From Felis catus (Eukaryota), in the NCBI RefSeq assembly GCF_018350175.1, contig NC_058374.1, positions 47,492,001-47,556,000 on the forward strand: a stretch of DNA of 64,000 bases, read 5' to 3'. Both the position numbers and the translations under genes were made by a program. The notes beneath the pieces are model-generated. The model made no database searches. It saw nothing but the letters and a program-made list of their open reading frames with translations, and had not been told where the DNA came from. Shown piece after piece: positions 27,401-41,782 of the stretch (positions within the stretch are counted from its first letter, which is position 1; every line of letters begins with the position of its first letter).

Positions 27401-30400
27401 CTGGCTGTGAGAGGAAAAACTGAATCTCTGCGGTTTTTTTTTTTTTTAAATCACATAATGGAGAATATCTTTGACTCACACCCTGACACCAGAAAAAATT
27501 AAAACTTGCATGTATAAATATACTGATTTATGCATATCTATTTATACAAACATAATACATACATTTAAATATTTGATACTTTTGCATTCATATATTATAT
27601 GCGAGTATAATATATTCCATTTGGAAATCTTTTATATTCGTCACAGTACCAGCCCAGGGGCATCGTTTGTACTGCTCAATAGATACTGGTTTAATTGAAA
27701 TTAACATATTTAATTAGAGCTTTTATTTTTGTCTCCTGCATAGTACTGGAATCTGCGTCACCCCCTACATCATAACGCTATTAAAATAATTAAAAATAAA
27801 GAGAGTTCAGGTTTGAAGTGTGGAAACCAAACCAAATCTTGAAAATAACCGTTTTAAATTGGGCTTCGCGTTGCGCTTTTACCCTTAATCCTTGCGCTGA
27901 GTTTCCATTTGTTTCCATTGCCAGAACATGGATTCTACACACCAGAGTCCCAGGGCTATGGGGGATTCTACTCATCCACTCTGCTTGCCACCTTCAGTTC
28001 TCATCAGGAGTCCTCACCCCTGTAATCACACCAGCAATTATGTTTTAAAGCACAGAACAGTGCCAGAAACTCCCTGTGACGAGCTGTGAGATGGATGCAA
28101 ATGGACATCCTGGCAGAGAAATAGGGATGGTTTCTAACTTTTCCCACTTATTCCCAGTACTGCTGTCCTAACCCATCATTCTTTGGACAAAATTCTTTTT
28201 CCTTGCTTCAATATTGCAAATTAGAGTCTTCAGACTTCACTAATGTCTCCAAGGCATGGAAATAGCATTGGCTTCCATTTTTTTTTTTTTTTTTTTTACA
28301 GGGGATAGTTTTTTGTCATGAGAATAGATAGGTGTAGATACTTTAAGTGATAGAATCCACAGGGCTCTGGTGTGGTTGAGTCAATGCGGTTGGCATGGGA
28401 TAGAGGTGGGATGCATTCAGATATCCTGTGATGTTATATACTCTATTGGAACCCCAAACTAGCATGGAATCCTAGGTCTAGACTGGCATTAGACATGTTC
28501 AGACTGATGAATCTACATCTTAGTGATGTCCCAAATATCTGATACGTCTAGGAAAGAACTGCCCACTGGTTAAGTAGCACTTGGTAGTATGGTGGCTCCT
28601 TAACAGTTAGTGTGCGTAGATATCACCGGGCACCCCCTATGGCAGTGAGGACACACAGAACATAGAACAAGTGCTACATTGGAAGAGTCATTGGGCCGGG
28701 ACAGAGGACAGATAAGTGCAGTACTTTTGTCATCTTAACCCTGATTCGATTTGATCGTTCTAGCTGCCTACTCAGTCACCTATACAGGAGGAGAAGCGCC
28801 AGCCTTCCATTTTCCATAGGAAGCCTCACAGTTCTTCCTCTGCCCAACAAGATAATGAATTTAAGATTCACACACTACACGCTCATGCGACCACTTATTA
28901 AAAATAATTCCTAGCTAGGAGTCCTGTTCTTACAACACATGAGCCTTAAATAAAAGCAGGTGGAAGATGAGATGGTTTAAATGTCTTTATATTCTGGAAC
29001 CTGTATTTTGACTCCCTTCTCTGTTACTCTCTGTGTTCTTTGCTCTCTCCCCCTTCTCTTGCATCTTACTATCTTCTCCTGTATTATCGTCCCAGGAAAA
29101 GAGATGAGACTCCTAATGTAAACTAGGTGTTTAAATGTATAAATCCCTAATATGGCTTAATATGTCACCCTTCCTGGGACTGTTTTCATTTAAATGACAG
29201 ACGAGCAGCTCAGTGCTAGAAGAGTACGTCTGTGTAGGAAGCCAGTAGTTGAAAGTGGGGTGGGCAATGAAAAGGAAAGGTCCTCTCAGGACCTCTGAAG
29301 CCACACCACGGATCATATACCATTTGTAAGGCCAGGCCCATCCCATTAGAACTGTCCACTTTTAGCTGCTCATCATCCACAATCAGTTCCTTAGACAGAA
29401 CGAAGAGTCCCTGACACTCAGGTGAAGAAAGCAAACGCTCTACCGAAGTGTCTGGCGGTCTACTGAGCACACATTTCTTATATGGCTTTGGGCTCAGAAA
29501 GCACAGAAGTTATGGCCACAATGGCTGGAAATGCCCAATGCATTCACCAATGATGCAGCTGCATCATGTATGCACACACGGGAATCACTCCTAACACACC
29601 AGACACACACACACAGGGCGTCAAGCAACGACAGGGTTTTCTTAAAGAGAAGGGGATTAGAAGAATACAGTGAGTTCTGGAATAGCTTTTTCCAAAGGCC
29701 GTTGCCCAAACCATCTGGTTATTCTGTCCCTAAATCTGGAACTAACTAAACACCAAACAAACAAACAAACAAACAAAAAAACTGAAACAAAGAAACACCC
29801 TAGCTCTTAAGTGAGATGTGCAGGTGACCAGCACGCTGCAGTTTTGGTAATAGTTTCTTCACCTCCCATGCGGAGAATTCCCCCCTTGGGCAACTCCCGA
29901 TGGCCACGGAAGACTGGGCGGGTGATATTCACCTAATTGTATAGAAGACTCCTATTTTATCACATTACACATGCGTTTGGGCACTACTGACACCACCAAC
30001 ACTTAATGGAATCACTTGGGATTCTTTTTCCCCCAATCACAACATGGCTGTGGCCAGGACGGGGGAATCCACATCAAGGAGGTCTCCCACGTTCTGGCTG
30101 AGGATACACAGTGACATACTTTGAAATTACGAGATCCACTGCACATGCATCACTCTGAAGGGTGTGCGCATTCTTGACTCGGGCAAATTCAAGGGGCACG
30201 TTAACTGAGGTTGGTGGCAATGCTAAGATTTAAGCATTGCCACCGAGAGGATACAGGATCAGAGCCACCAACCCACTTTCTGGTGGAAGGGAATGACAGA
30301 GGACACCAAAGATAGAAAGCATGGATTCTGAGGAAAATTGGAACAATTGGTGCTCTCGAGGGTGTCTGTGGAATCTCAGTTTTGGGCAGATTGGGTCTTT

Positions 30401-30946
30401 GTCCAGGCCCAGTGTGGAATGGATGGGGCTTACTGCTGAATTCATCCTCATGCAATTTTACTGGCTTGTTATTTTGGAATGAAGTAATATCTAGAACTCG
30501 ACACTGCTTGGCCTTCCTTTCTTTAAGCTTTCTTGAGCAGGCCACGAATACTTTATTTGGTCCCAATGCAAACATCCAGCTGAAGAGAAGTGACCAAGGG
30601 GCCCAACGAAAAGGTTTAGAAAAATGAAACGATCCAGCTGACAGCTTTCAATGATGGGAGGATAGGACCAAATATGACGTAACGTCTTGCGTAAACGGAT
30701 TTGGACATTTCATCCCGTGGTAGATAGAGAGAGGCTGCCACCCTTCACAAAACAAATAATCCAGCGAAAGAAACTCTGTTTGTCTGGTTAATAACCCAAG
30801 GTCAGGTTATGAATCCCTGGCTCAAGGCAAATAGCACCTTCCTGAGGGCAGAAACGAGGACAGGACAAAATAAAGTCACTCTCGGCACCGTCCCTCACAT
30901 ACCCACCCTTCTACGTCTAAAACCAACTTCTGCAATCTTTCTATGG

Positions 30947-31010
30947 GCAGATCTGGTCATCTTTTTTTTTTTTTTTTTTTTTTTTTTTGGAGCAGATCTG
31001 GTCATCTTTT
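30947..31010 (-). mobile_element. Poly(A)-only retroposed insertion with 19-bp TSD
   Basis: GCAGATCTGGTCATCTTTT at 30947-30965 and 30992-31010 flanking only a T run plus GGA. Confidence 0.75.
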
Positions 31011-31286
31011 CTAGAAAAGCATGCATATTTGTAAGACATGTATCCAGTGCTGCCTCCCTGTCACCAGATATCACATGCTTCAAAAAGTAGACTTTGTGGG
31101 AATTTTCTGGGTGTGCTTGCAGTGCTGATACCTAAGGAGTGAGGGAGGGCGTAGGGAGGTTGCCAGCACTCAGGTACTAGGAAGAAAAGAATTGGCTTTG
31201 ATATGGTTGTTAAACATCACAAGGGGGCTTCTGGGAGATTTCTCAGGACTGAGCTTCCTGAAACCTCTCGGCCACATCAGGATTGA

Positions 31287-31301
31287 GGGTCAATTTGACC
31301 T
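31287..31301. promoter_or_regulatory. Perfect consensus estrogen response element (function unproven)
   Basis: GGGTCA-ATT-TGACCT matches RGGTCAnnnTGACCY. Confidence 0.45.
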
Positions 31302-31739
31302 CAATTCTGATTTAAGCCCTTTTTTGGAATCTTTCCTACCCTAGGTGCCGACAGGGCAAATGTGGTGTCACCAGCTTGACTCTGCATGGAATGCTGGTCA
31401 TCCGCGGTCTACCTAGGAGACAGGAGCAGGACCTGGGTTCTGCTTAGGGCCAAGCCGGACCCAGTGCCAAGCCCAGGCTGATGGGCACGGACACTTCTCA
31501 CAGACCAAGAAGATTGGTGAGGTGGGGAGGCGTGGGCACAGATTACTTTTCCCTGGCATTTTCACCACAGTGGCCTCCATTCACATACACTTTTCCCCAG
31601 ACGCCCTGAAGCAAAAGCCATACAAAACAATTCCCCCAATGGAAAATGAAAACCCATAACAAAACACTTTTCCCCTCTTCATTCCCATCCCCACCCCACT
31701 CCCTCCAGCCCGACACCCTGAATACTCACAAGAGAACAC

Positions 31740-31745
31740 TTTATC
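31740..31745 (-). terminator. Candidate variant poly(A) signal GATAAA (~2.4 kb after stop)
   Basis: U-rich upstream region with two TGTA motifs, then GT-rich and G-rich downstream elements. Confidence 0.5.
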
Positions 31746-32553
31746 TATACAAAATTAATTAGAAAACAAAATATTTACATATGAAATAAACACCATCTTG
31801 ATTTCCGTCACCAGTGGAGACCGACAGAGCCCCCTTTGTTCTAGATTGCTGTTCGCTAGGTTAGTTGGTTTGGTTTTTTATTTGAAAGGGGTGAGGTAAG
31901 AGGAAGAGTGAGGGGAGGATCCCCTGACCTCAGACAGAGTCAGGGTGAAGCGATGTTTATATGGCCCTTCTCCTTCTTCCTCCTGGAGACGCCTCACGCC
32001 CTCTGTCCTCTCTCTCAAAGTCTTTCCTTGAATCTAAGGTAAAGCACTCCGTGCTCCTCTCTCCAAATCTGTGAGAGGTTCAGCCCCTTGCCCCCAGGTT
32101 CGTTTTAGAAAGAAAACATAGCTTTACAAGGCCTTCAGTTGGCTTTAAAATGAAAGATACTGAGGTAAAAATCCAGGAGGAGGACAGGGGACAGCAGTCA
32201 AGGGCAGGGAAGGAGGAAGGGTGGTGAGTCAGGGCAAAACAGGAAGGCAAAGAGCAGCCCTGGAGGGTGTGACTTGAAGAGGCATGGCAGCTTCCTTCCA
32301 GAGGAGGATGAGCACCTTTCTGGTTTATGTGTCCTGTGTGCAACATGGAGATCCTGCAGTCAAGCTTCCAAACAGACCCGGGGCTCTTTGGCTGCCAGCC
32401 TGGGTAAGGGGAGGAAGGCAGGACAGTGGCACGGACCCACAGGACACCCCCTCCCTAAGTTTCAGGACCGGCAGTGACGAATATTCATTTCCCTTCTCAA
32501 GTTTCCAAGTGAAGGGGGGCATTGCATCTGCCAGTACCCTCATCCCTGGAGTT

Positions 32554-32620
32554 TTAAATATATATGTGTGTGTATATACATATATACACACACACACATA
32601 TATATATTTACATATATATT
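32554..32620. repeat. Compound TA/TG/CA microsatellite, quasi-palindromic
   Basis: TAAATATATATGTGTGTGTATATA...TATATACACACACACACATATATATATTTA. Confidence 0.85.
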
Positions 32621-32626
32621 TTTATT
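32621..32626 (-). terminator. Candidate poly(A) signal AATAAA (~1.5 kb after stop)
   Basis: Minus strand gTGTAccattcaagAATAAA followed by a TA/TG-rich tract. Confidence 0.5.
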
Positions 32627-34115
32627 CTTGAATGGTACACCTGGGAGGGAAAGAAGGTTCTGTAGGAAGGTGGAAGGGCTTCTACTGAGAGTGTTCACAT
32701 TGGGCTCAATGCCACATTCTCAGGGAGCCAGACCCAGTGGGGCAGTGGGGGAGTCCCTCCCCTCCTACCCTCTCCACTTCCCAATCTCTTCCCTTCCCTC
32801 CACGTTTCCTGAGCTGTACTCACGGAGCAAGCTCATGCCATTTGACTGTCTGTTCCAGATCAGTTGTGATCAGTTCTGGTGGAGCAAGCTCTCCGAGCTC
32901 CAGGTGAAGTAAGAAGGGATCAAAGCATTGAAAACATCCCCCTCTCTCACTTACCCGACCATAGACAACTCCCCTATACTTCAAAGCTTTACGTAGCTCC
33001 TCCCCAAACCTTGGCCAGCGTCTAAAAAGCTCAAGAAAGCTTTCATAGAATCTTTTGCTCTCTCGAGTGTGGGCAAAAGAGCCGTGGCTGCTTCCCGTTC
33101 CCTTCAGCCTTCCTGGAAAGTTCTCGTTCAAAACTGGTTGAACCGCAGAGGAGTGACTTTTGCACCTTGCTCTCGTAGGACCGTTCGGCACCTTTTTGTC
33201 TAGACCGCATCATCGTCCATGTCAAGAACTTCCATTCTCCTCACTCAGGAAGGGTGGAGGGGAGAGACAGCCAACCTTCAGGTAGCATCGGACCATCTCT
33301 GTTTGTATATAAGCCAAAAGAGGCACACCGCTTCGAGATGTTGGAAGAAACAGCTTTAGGAGTCCAGGTTGCCCTCTCTACATTTCTAGGCCCCTGACCA
33401 CATGCCCGTGTAGACTACATGCACGTACAAGTGTACATGGCCATACATGCACATGTCGTCCATCTTCTCTTGCCTCTAGTGCACCACGGAACATGGCTAT
33501 GACGTGCTTTCCGTCACCTACCAAAGACCCTTGGATCCAGTTCACCACCACGGAGTCTCGTGCAATTGAAACATTCTTTTGGCTTATATATAAACACACA
33601 TGGCCTCCTGCCCTCTGCTTGGCACGTGATCCCTACACGGATGCCACCTAAGTGACAAGAATTTAGCAAAAGCCTCTTTGCATTCACGGGCAGTATGGCA
33701 AATGGTCTCATTTGGGTGCTTTTGCCTTCTCACCTAAACATCTAGATCAGTTTGGGAAGAGCTATCCTGCGCTCACGTGGCCTCCTTGTATCTCTCTCCC
33801 TGCTGCACTCCAAGTTGGGTGGCAAACAGTCCTTCCGTGCTCCGAGGAAGCCTGCACGCAGCCACCTCCTTTCTCCACTCTGCCCTCCCGTGCTGAGCGA
33901 GCCCACCGGATTCCCTCCCGGGAACGGGAACGACTGACAGATGGAGAGGGAGGAGAGCACTGGAAAGGCGGGGGAGGGCTGGGGCTGGTCACCAGGGTTG
34001 CCCTCTTAGAAGGAATCAGAACTCCAGGATTCCGTCAATAAATGAAAACAACAAGAAAGGAGCAAATGGGAACCAAGTTCACCCCCGTCACCCTCCGTGA
34101 CATGCGCACCACACG

Positions 34116-34140
34116 CCCACGGCCCCACCCTCCCGTACCC
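34116..34140 (-). promoter_or_regulatory. RNA G-quadruplex motif at start of 3' UTR
   Basis: GGGTACGGGAGGGTGGGGCCGTGGG: five G-tracts with loops of 3/1/1/4 nt. Confidence 0.75.
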
Positions 34141-34166
34141 ACCTTAAAANNNNNNNNNNNNNNNNN

Positions 34167-36239
<2,073 letters not shown>

Positions 36240-38078
36240 TCAGTGGTCTGGCTCTCTGAGAGGGGACACGCTCACTCCAAGTGACTTGAGTAAATAGATT
36301 GGAATCGTAAGACATGACATTCTATGCCTCGACTCCACCATCGCCTTGCATTGACTTTCCTTCCTGTGCCTACGTTTTCCCATCTTAAAAATGAGGTCAT
36401 GATATCAGCTGATCGCAAAAATGATTGTCAGCTTCCTGGAAATCGATAGCAATACTCCCCAGGTGCTGGGGCTGTTCTGCCCAGGCCGGCCACCCTTGAC
36501 TGGTGGTATAGCACAGGGGAGCTCAGAGCTCATAACAGCCACTTTTTTTCCAGTGGCTTTTAGGATTTTGGTCACCAAATAACAGCTGAGCAGTTCTCTT
36601 CTTGAGCCAAGCATGAACCACATTCACAGAGAGAGTTAGGGAGCCCTGGGGTCAAAGAAGGATTTTTCTCCTGCTGTGTCCTACACCGTGGGAGGGCAGA
36701 ATTGGGACAGACAGCAAGTACTAAGTAGGGACAAATAATTCCCTTGTTGAATCCTCTCACTTATTCTCTCTTTAGCTCCTAGTTTCCTTCTTACACTTTG
36801 TCACTCACTTAATCTTATCATACATAATTAATACTGCAACAAATTAGTATTGATTGAGAACTCCCTGTGTACAGCTCCTTGTTCCAGGCCTTGAAGAACA
36901 CCACCCAGCCCAGGTAATGGGTTGGGTTCAAGTCCCAAGTCAGGGAAACCTGCTAATGTCTCGCTCCCTGCCTTGGAAGGTGGACACGTTTGAAACCTTT
37001 TTCCCTGGCAAGGGAAGTATGTGAAGAGGAGGTGGTTTCAATTGGGTCTTGAAAACAAAGGGGGTTAATTTGGGAAGGGCAGTTGCCCCAACAGATGGGG
37101 ATGAGGGCAGAGAAGATTCGAATAGAGAATCACAGCTAAGTGGGGGAGAAGAAGGGGTGAGAGGAAGTGAGCCTCACCATCCCAGAGGGCCATAGCAAGA
37201 CCTAAGATCTTCGAAGTAAGGTTACTGTCCTTACTTTCCTTCTTTCTAACCCTCCTTGGTTAGGGCCAAGAGAAAGCGCCAAGCAGTTTCTTCTGCGGGG
37301 GCCTTGATTATGCTTCCGGGTCGTGAGTGGGATTCCCGTTACAGGCCACCAGCTCCCCCGTTCCTTCTGCCATCACCCTATGTTGGACCTCAGAAAGGGC
37401 TGTACGGTGCAATAATGTGATTCAGGGACCACGCATCCCCCCTCTCCTGCGTACAGGTTCCTGAATGGCCTGAATCAGCTCACAGCCAGAGAGGAAATTG
37501 TTCTGTAGCACTAAAACACTACAGGAAAATGATGAGAAGATAGGACGACTTAATGAGAAATCCATTTTCTTACATAACTCCATTAGAGCCCAAGTTAGTT
37601 ATATCTGAAATCCAGCCCTCTATTCTATAAAGGACATCTGAGGTCACTTCTCACGAATGAGTCCCAAAACTTTCCCGACAAGAATTAAAAGAAGCCTGCC
37701 TTCCCCCCACCCCCCTTCGCTGTGATCCTCTGTTCGTATTTAAAACTGAGTTCTGAATCCTCACTTTGGACCAGAAACAGAGAAGAGACCTAAGTAAAGA
37801 ATGACTTAAGAGTTGTACTCTTGTTTCAGTGAAGAAAGTTTCTGGAATGTACATTTCTTATGGGTCAGTACTTATTTCTGAAGGTTCCGTTAAGCTCTTT
37901 AACTCTGTGTAACTCACACGTGGTTAAAACAGAGAGGAACCGTGGAACTACCAATAATTTATCTCTGTATGTCAGAACAAGAGAGCCACGTTATATTTCA
38001 CTATTTGAACAGACATGTGATTTTTTTTTTTTTTAAAGAAAGATTCAATGATTAATACAGCCTATACACAATTAACTA

Positions 38079-38756
<678 letters not shown>

Positions 38757-39329
38757 TCAATAGAGAAAATCACGGTAATTTGATGAATACCGCCGTGTAT
38801 CAATTCATCAACGTATTCAATAAGTATTCGGCGACAACTTCATGTGGGTACTGCAGTGACACAAAGGTATGGGGCATTGCCTCCGCTCTCCACGATCTGT
38901 CAGTCCAAACTGTATACAGATAATCAATATGACCGGCAATGTGCAGGTAACGCGAGAGTTCAAATTCAGGGAAGTAATTTTGTGCGTGGTGTGACCGGTC
39001 AGTTCTCCTGAGGAAGGTAGGACTTGGAGGTGGGCATAGAAAATGGGTGCGTTTTAATTTATATTGCATGAAAAGGCACTCGAGGCAGCAGAAATAGCAT
39101 GATCAAGGGGAGAGAGGTGGGAGTACACAAGCCTTGTTTGGGAAAGACACGCAGAACAGCTCAAACAGAGAAAAGGGGGGCACAGGAAGCTGAACAAAAA
39201 AGGTTCATGCAAGGTGCTCAGGGCCTGAGTATCAGACTAGGTGCTTTGTACCTTCATTTGCAGACAGTAAGAAATCACATAATCAAATAAGAGATTCAGA
39301 AAATTGGCTCTTAAAATATGTGCAAATCA

Positions 39330-39508
39330 GGGGCACCTGGGTGGCTCAGTCAACTGAGTGTCCGACTTCGGCTCAGGTCATGATCTCAAGATTCTTTGAG
39401 TTCGAGCTCCGCATCGGGCTCACTGCTGTCAGCGCAGAGCCTGCTTCGGATCCTCAGTCCCCTTTTCTCTCTGCCCCTCCCCCACTCTCAAAAAAAATGT
39501 TTTTTTAA
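39330..39508 (+). mobile_element. Can-SINE (older, short form)
   Basis: GGGGCACCTGGGTGGCTCAG head; TSD ATGTGCAAATCA (39318-39329, 39509-39520). Confidence 0.93.
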
Positions 39509-40101
39509 ATGTGCAAATCAGATTGGGCTGGGGAAGGAGGGATGGAGAGAGAGAAGCAGAGGTTGACTGATCCCCCACTGACCCTCGCACTATCTGATCT
39601 CTTGTTGCAGAGGGAAATATTAAGAGTAAAGGGGAGTGAACTTGAATCAAATGAAACCACCAAATTTAGAACTGCCTCCTTGTAACACCGCTTAGAGAAG
39701 CTCTGCTTGATTTAATTCATGCCAGAGACAAATAACCTTTATCCACTCCCCTGGATACTAGAAATTAGGAAGGTACAAACCTTAGACAAAAGGAAAATGA
39801 AAAAATTCACGTGCCCTTGAATGCATCTAATTCTAGGCAAACAAAATTCTGAAAATCTCATGAAGAAAGCTACCTGTTCTAATAATTTCAGTTTGGTTAA
39901 AAATTTGAACTTTGAGTAAACTGACTGGAGCTTTGGTAACTTCTGCAAACAATCTCTACTGCTGCCCTTCCTCATAGACAGAGGCTCTGTCATTGCCTTT
40001 AAGTGACAGCTACATGAAAATTATAGAAGCCCTTATACCAACATGGCTTATATGCTTCAGCTATAAGCCTTGAGTCTTTCCAGTGTTAATCAAATCACTT
40101 T

Positions 40102-40321
40102 AAAACATTTTTTGAATGTGTATTTATTTTTGAGAGAGAGAGAGAGACAGAGAGCAAACAGGGGAGGGACAGAGAGAGAGAGAGAAAGACAGAATCAGAA
40201 GCAGGCTCTAGGCTCTGAGCCGTCCACACAGAGCCCGACGCGGGGCTCAAACTCACGAACTGTGAGATCATGGCCTAAGCCGAAGTCGGACACTTAAGCG
40301 ACTGCGCCACCCAGGCGCCCC
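40102..40321 (-). mobile_element. Can-SINE
   Basis: Full head, (CT)n and tail; degenerate TSD AATCAAATCAC/AATCAAGTCAC. Confidence 0.95.
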
Positions 40322-40983
40322 AAATCAAGTCACGTTTTACTCATTTCTTTGATCAAACTATGATTTTCCTAACTAGTGGGACAACGGACTTCACCTGGAG
40401 TCTGAAAATCCAGCTGTGTTCCTCTGCCTCGAATTTCATCCCTAACAGCAAAGGTTCTGCAGGCATAATTTAGACGACCTCCTGGCTGATGGCCTGTGGG
40501 GCCAAGCAGAGTCAGGCTGCCCTCCCATAACTGGATTAGCTTCTGGGAGACTAACAGGAAGAGTAGGTACTTTGGAAAACAAAGTGGAGAGGAATGCCGA
40601 AGGCTGGAGTGTAATGAAACTGGAGATCTTCTCAAAGCAAGATGGCTGCCTCAGTCTCCTGCCAGAATGACACTGGGGAGTGCCTTACGAGTTTCTGCCT
40701 CAGAGGACCCTGTCCCTGCTTCCTATCTCTTCCAGCTTAAAGAGCAGGATGGGAGAGAGGGAAGAATGAATAGATGGCCACAAGTGTACTGGCCTTTCTC
40801 TGGACACACAAAAAGCAGAAGCCTTTCCAAAGCTCTCTCTACTGCTCCGGCCACATGTGAAAAGACTGTCTGGAACATCTAATACTAGCCCCTCTTACTT
40901 GATCCCTGAAGGTCTAATCATACCCTGCGATCCTGAAAGGTACCTCCTTGGTCAACTACATTAATCCTCCCAAATTTCACCCA

Positions 40984-41446
40984 GTTATGGGTTGAACTGT
41001 GCACCCACCCCGTGACCACCGCCAAATTCCTGTGTTGATGTCCTAATCCCCAGTACCTTGAAATGTGACTTTATTTGGAAATGAGGTAGTTGCAGATGTA
41101 ATTAGACAAGAGGATATCATGCTGGAGTAGGGTAGGCCCCTATCCATTACACTTGGCATCTTTAAAAATGGGGGGAAATCAGGCATCTACATAGGGAAAA
41201 TGGCGTGTGATCATGAGGGCAGAGATGGGGCGATGTGTCTATAAGTGAAGGAACGCTAAAGGCTGCCAGAAAACCCCCATGAGCCAGAGGAGGGGCATGG
41301 AAGAGATTCTCCCTTGAGGCCTTCCAAAGGAATCAATGCTGACACTTTATCTTGGGTTTCTGGCCTCCAGAACTGTGAGACAAATTTCTGTTCTTTAAGT
41401 CACTCAGCTAGGGTACTTTGTTATGGCAGCTGTAGGAAACTAATAC
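40984..41446 (+). mobile_element. MLT1B/C-like MaLR solo LTR
   Basis: GTTATGGGTTGAACTGTG...CCCCAGTACC...ATGTGACTTTATTTGGAAAT...CCTCCAGAACTGTGAGA...TTTGTTATGGCAGC...AAACTAATAC. Confidence 0.85.
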
Positions 41447-41594
41447 CTACCCCCCCCCCCAAAACTTCACAGTATACCGTGAGATAACTGTCTGGAAGTG
41501 CAAGGGTTACAGGAATGGAGAAGAAAGAAAGATTGGTGTTTTGGACTAGCCGTGAGAAGAGCCCAAATAAGCATTTCCCCTTTCTTTGACTCAC

Positions 41595-41734
41595 NNNNNN
41601 NNNNNNNNNNNNNNNNNNNNNNNNNNNNNNNNNNNNNNNNNNNNNNNNNNNNNNNNNNNNNNNNNNNNNNNNNNNNNNNNNNNNNNNNNNNNNNNNNNNN
41701 NNNNNNNNNNNNNNNNNNNNNNNNNNNNNNNNNN
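41595..41734. other. N-run, 140 bp, within exon
   Basis: Direct observation. Confidence 0.99.
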
Positions 41735-41782
41735 GCCATGTAGTTCAGCACTGCTGCATCATAGATGAAGGCATCCAGTTTC
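41595..41782 (-). CDS. GRIN2B: GRIN2B coding exon (S2 domain), 188 bp, 140 bp masked
   Basis: Acceptor ttgcacag| then KLDAFIYDAAVLNYMA. Donor gtgagtc begins at 41594, immediately after the N-run. The 188-bp span equals the recalled orthologous exon length and gives the phase needed for the next exon. Confidence 0.95.

Larger units (their letters stand above)
11500..31719 (-). other. GRIN2B: Putative extended (distal) GRIN2B 3' UTR
   Basis: Mammalian GRIN2B is known to have an exceptionally long neuronal 3' UTR (well over 10 kb). The distal boundary here is inference only. Confidence 0.5.
31720..34166 (-). other. GRIN2B: GRIN2B proximal 3' UTR
   Basis: After the gap the minus strand reads TTAAGGTGGGTACGGGAGGG...GCGCATGTCACGGAGGGTGACGGGGGTGAACTTGGTTCCCATTTGCTCC, which I recognise as the mammalian GRIN2B 3' UTR start. 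No interspersed repeats seen; candidate poly(A) signals at 32621, 31877 and 31740. Confidence 0.85.

Noticed and set aside
27365-27446. A27 run followed by T14 as another tail-only insertion or hairpin
   Set aside because: No convincing TSD; simple homopolymers.
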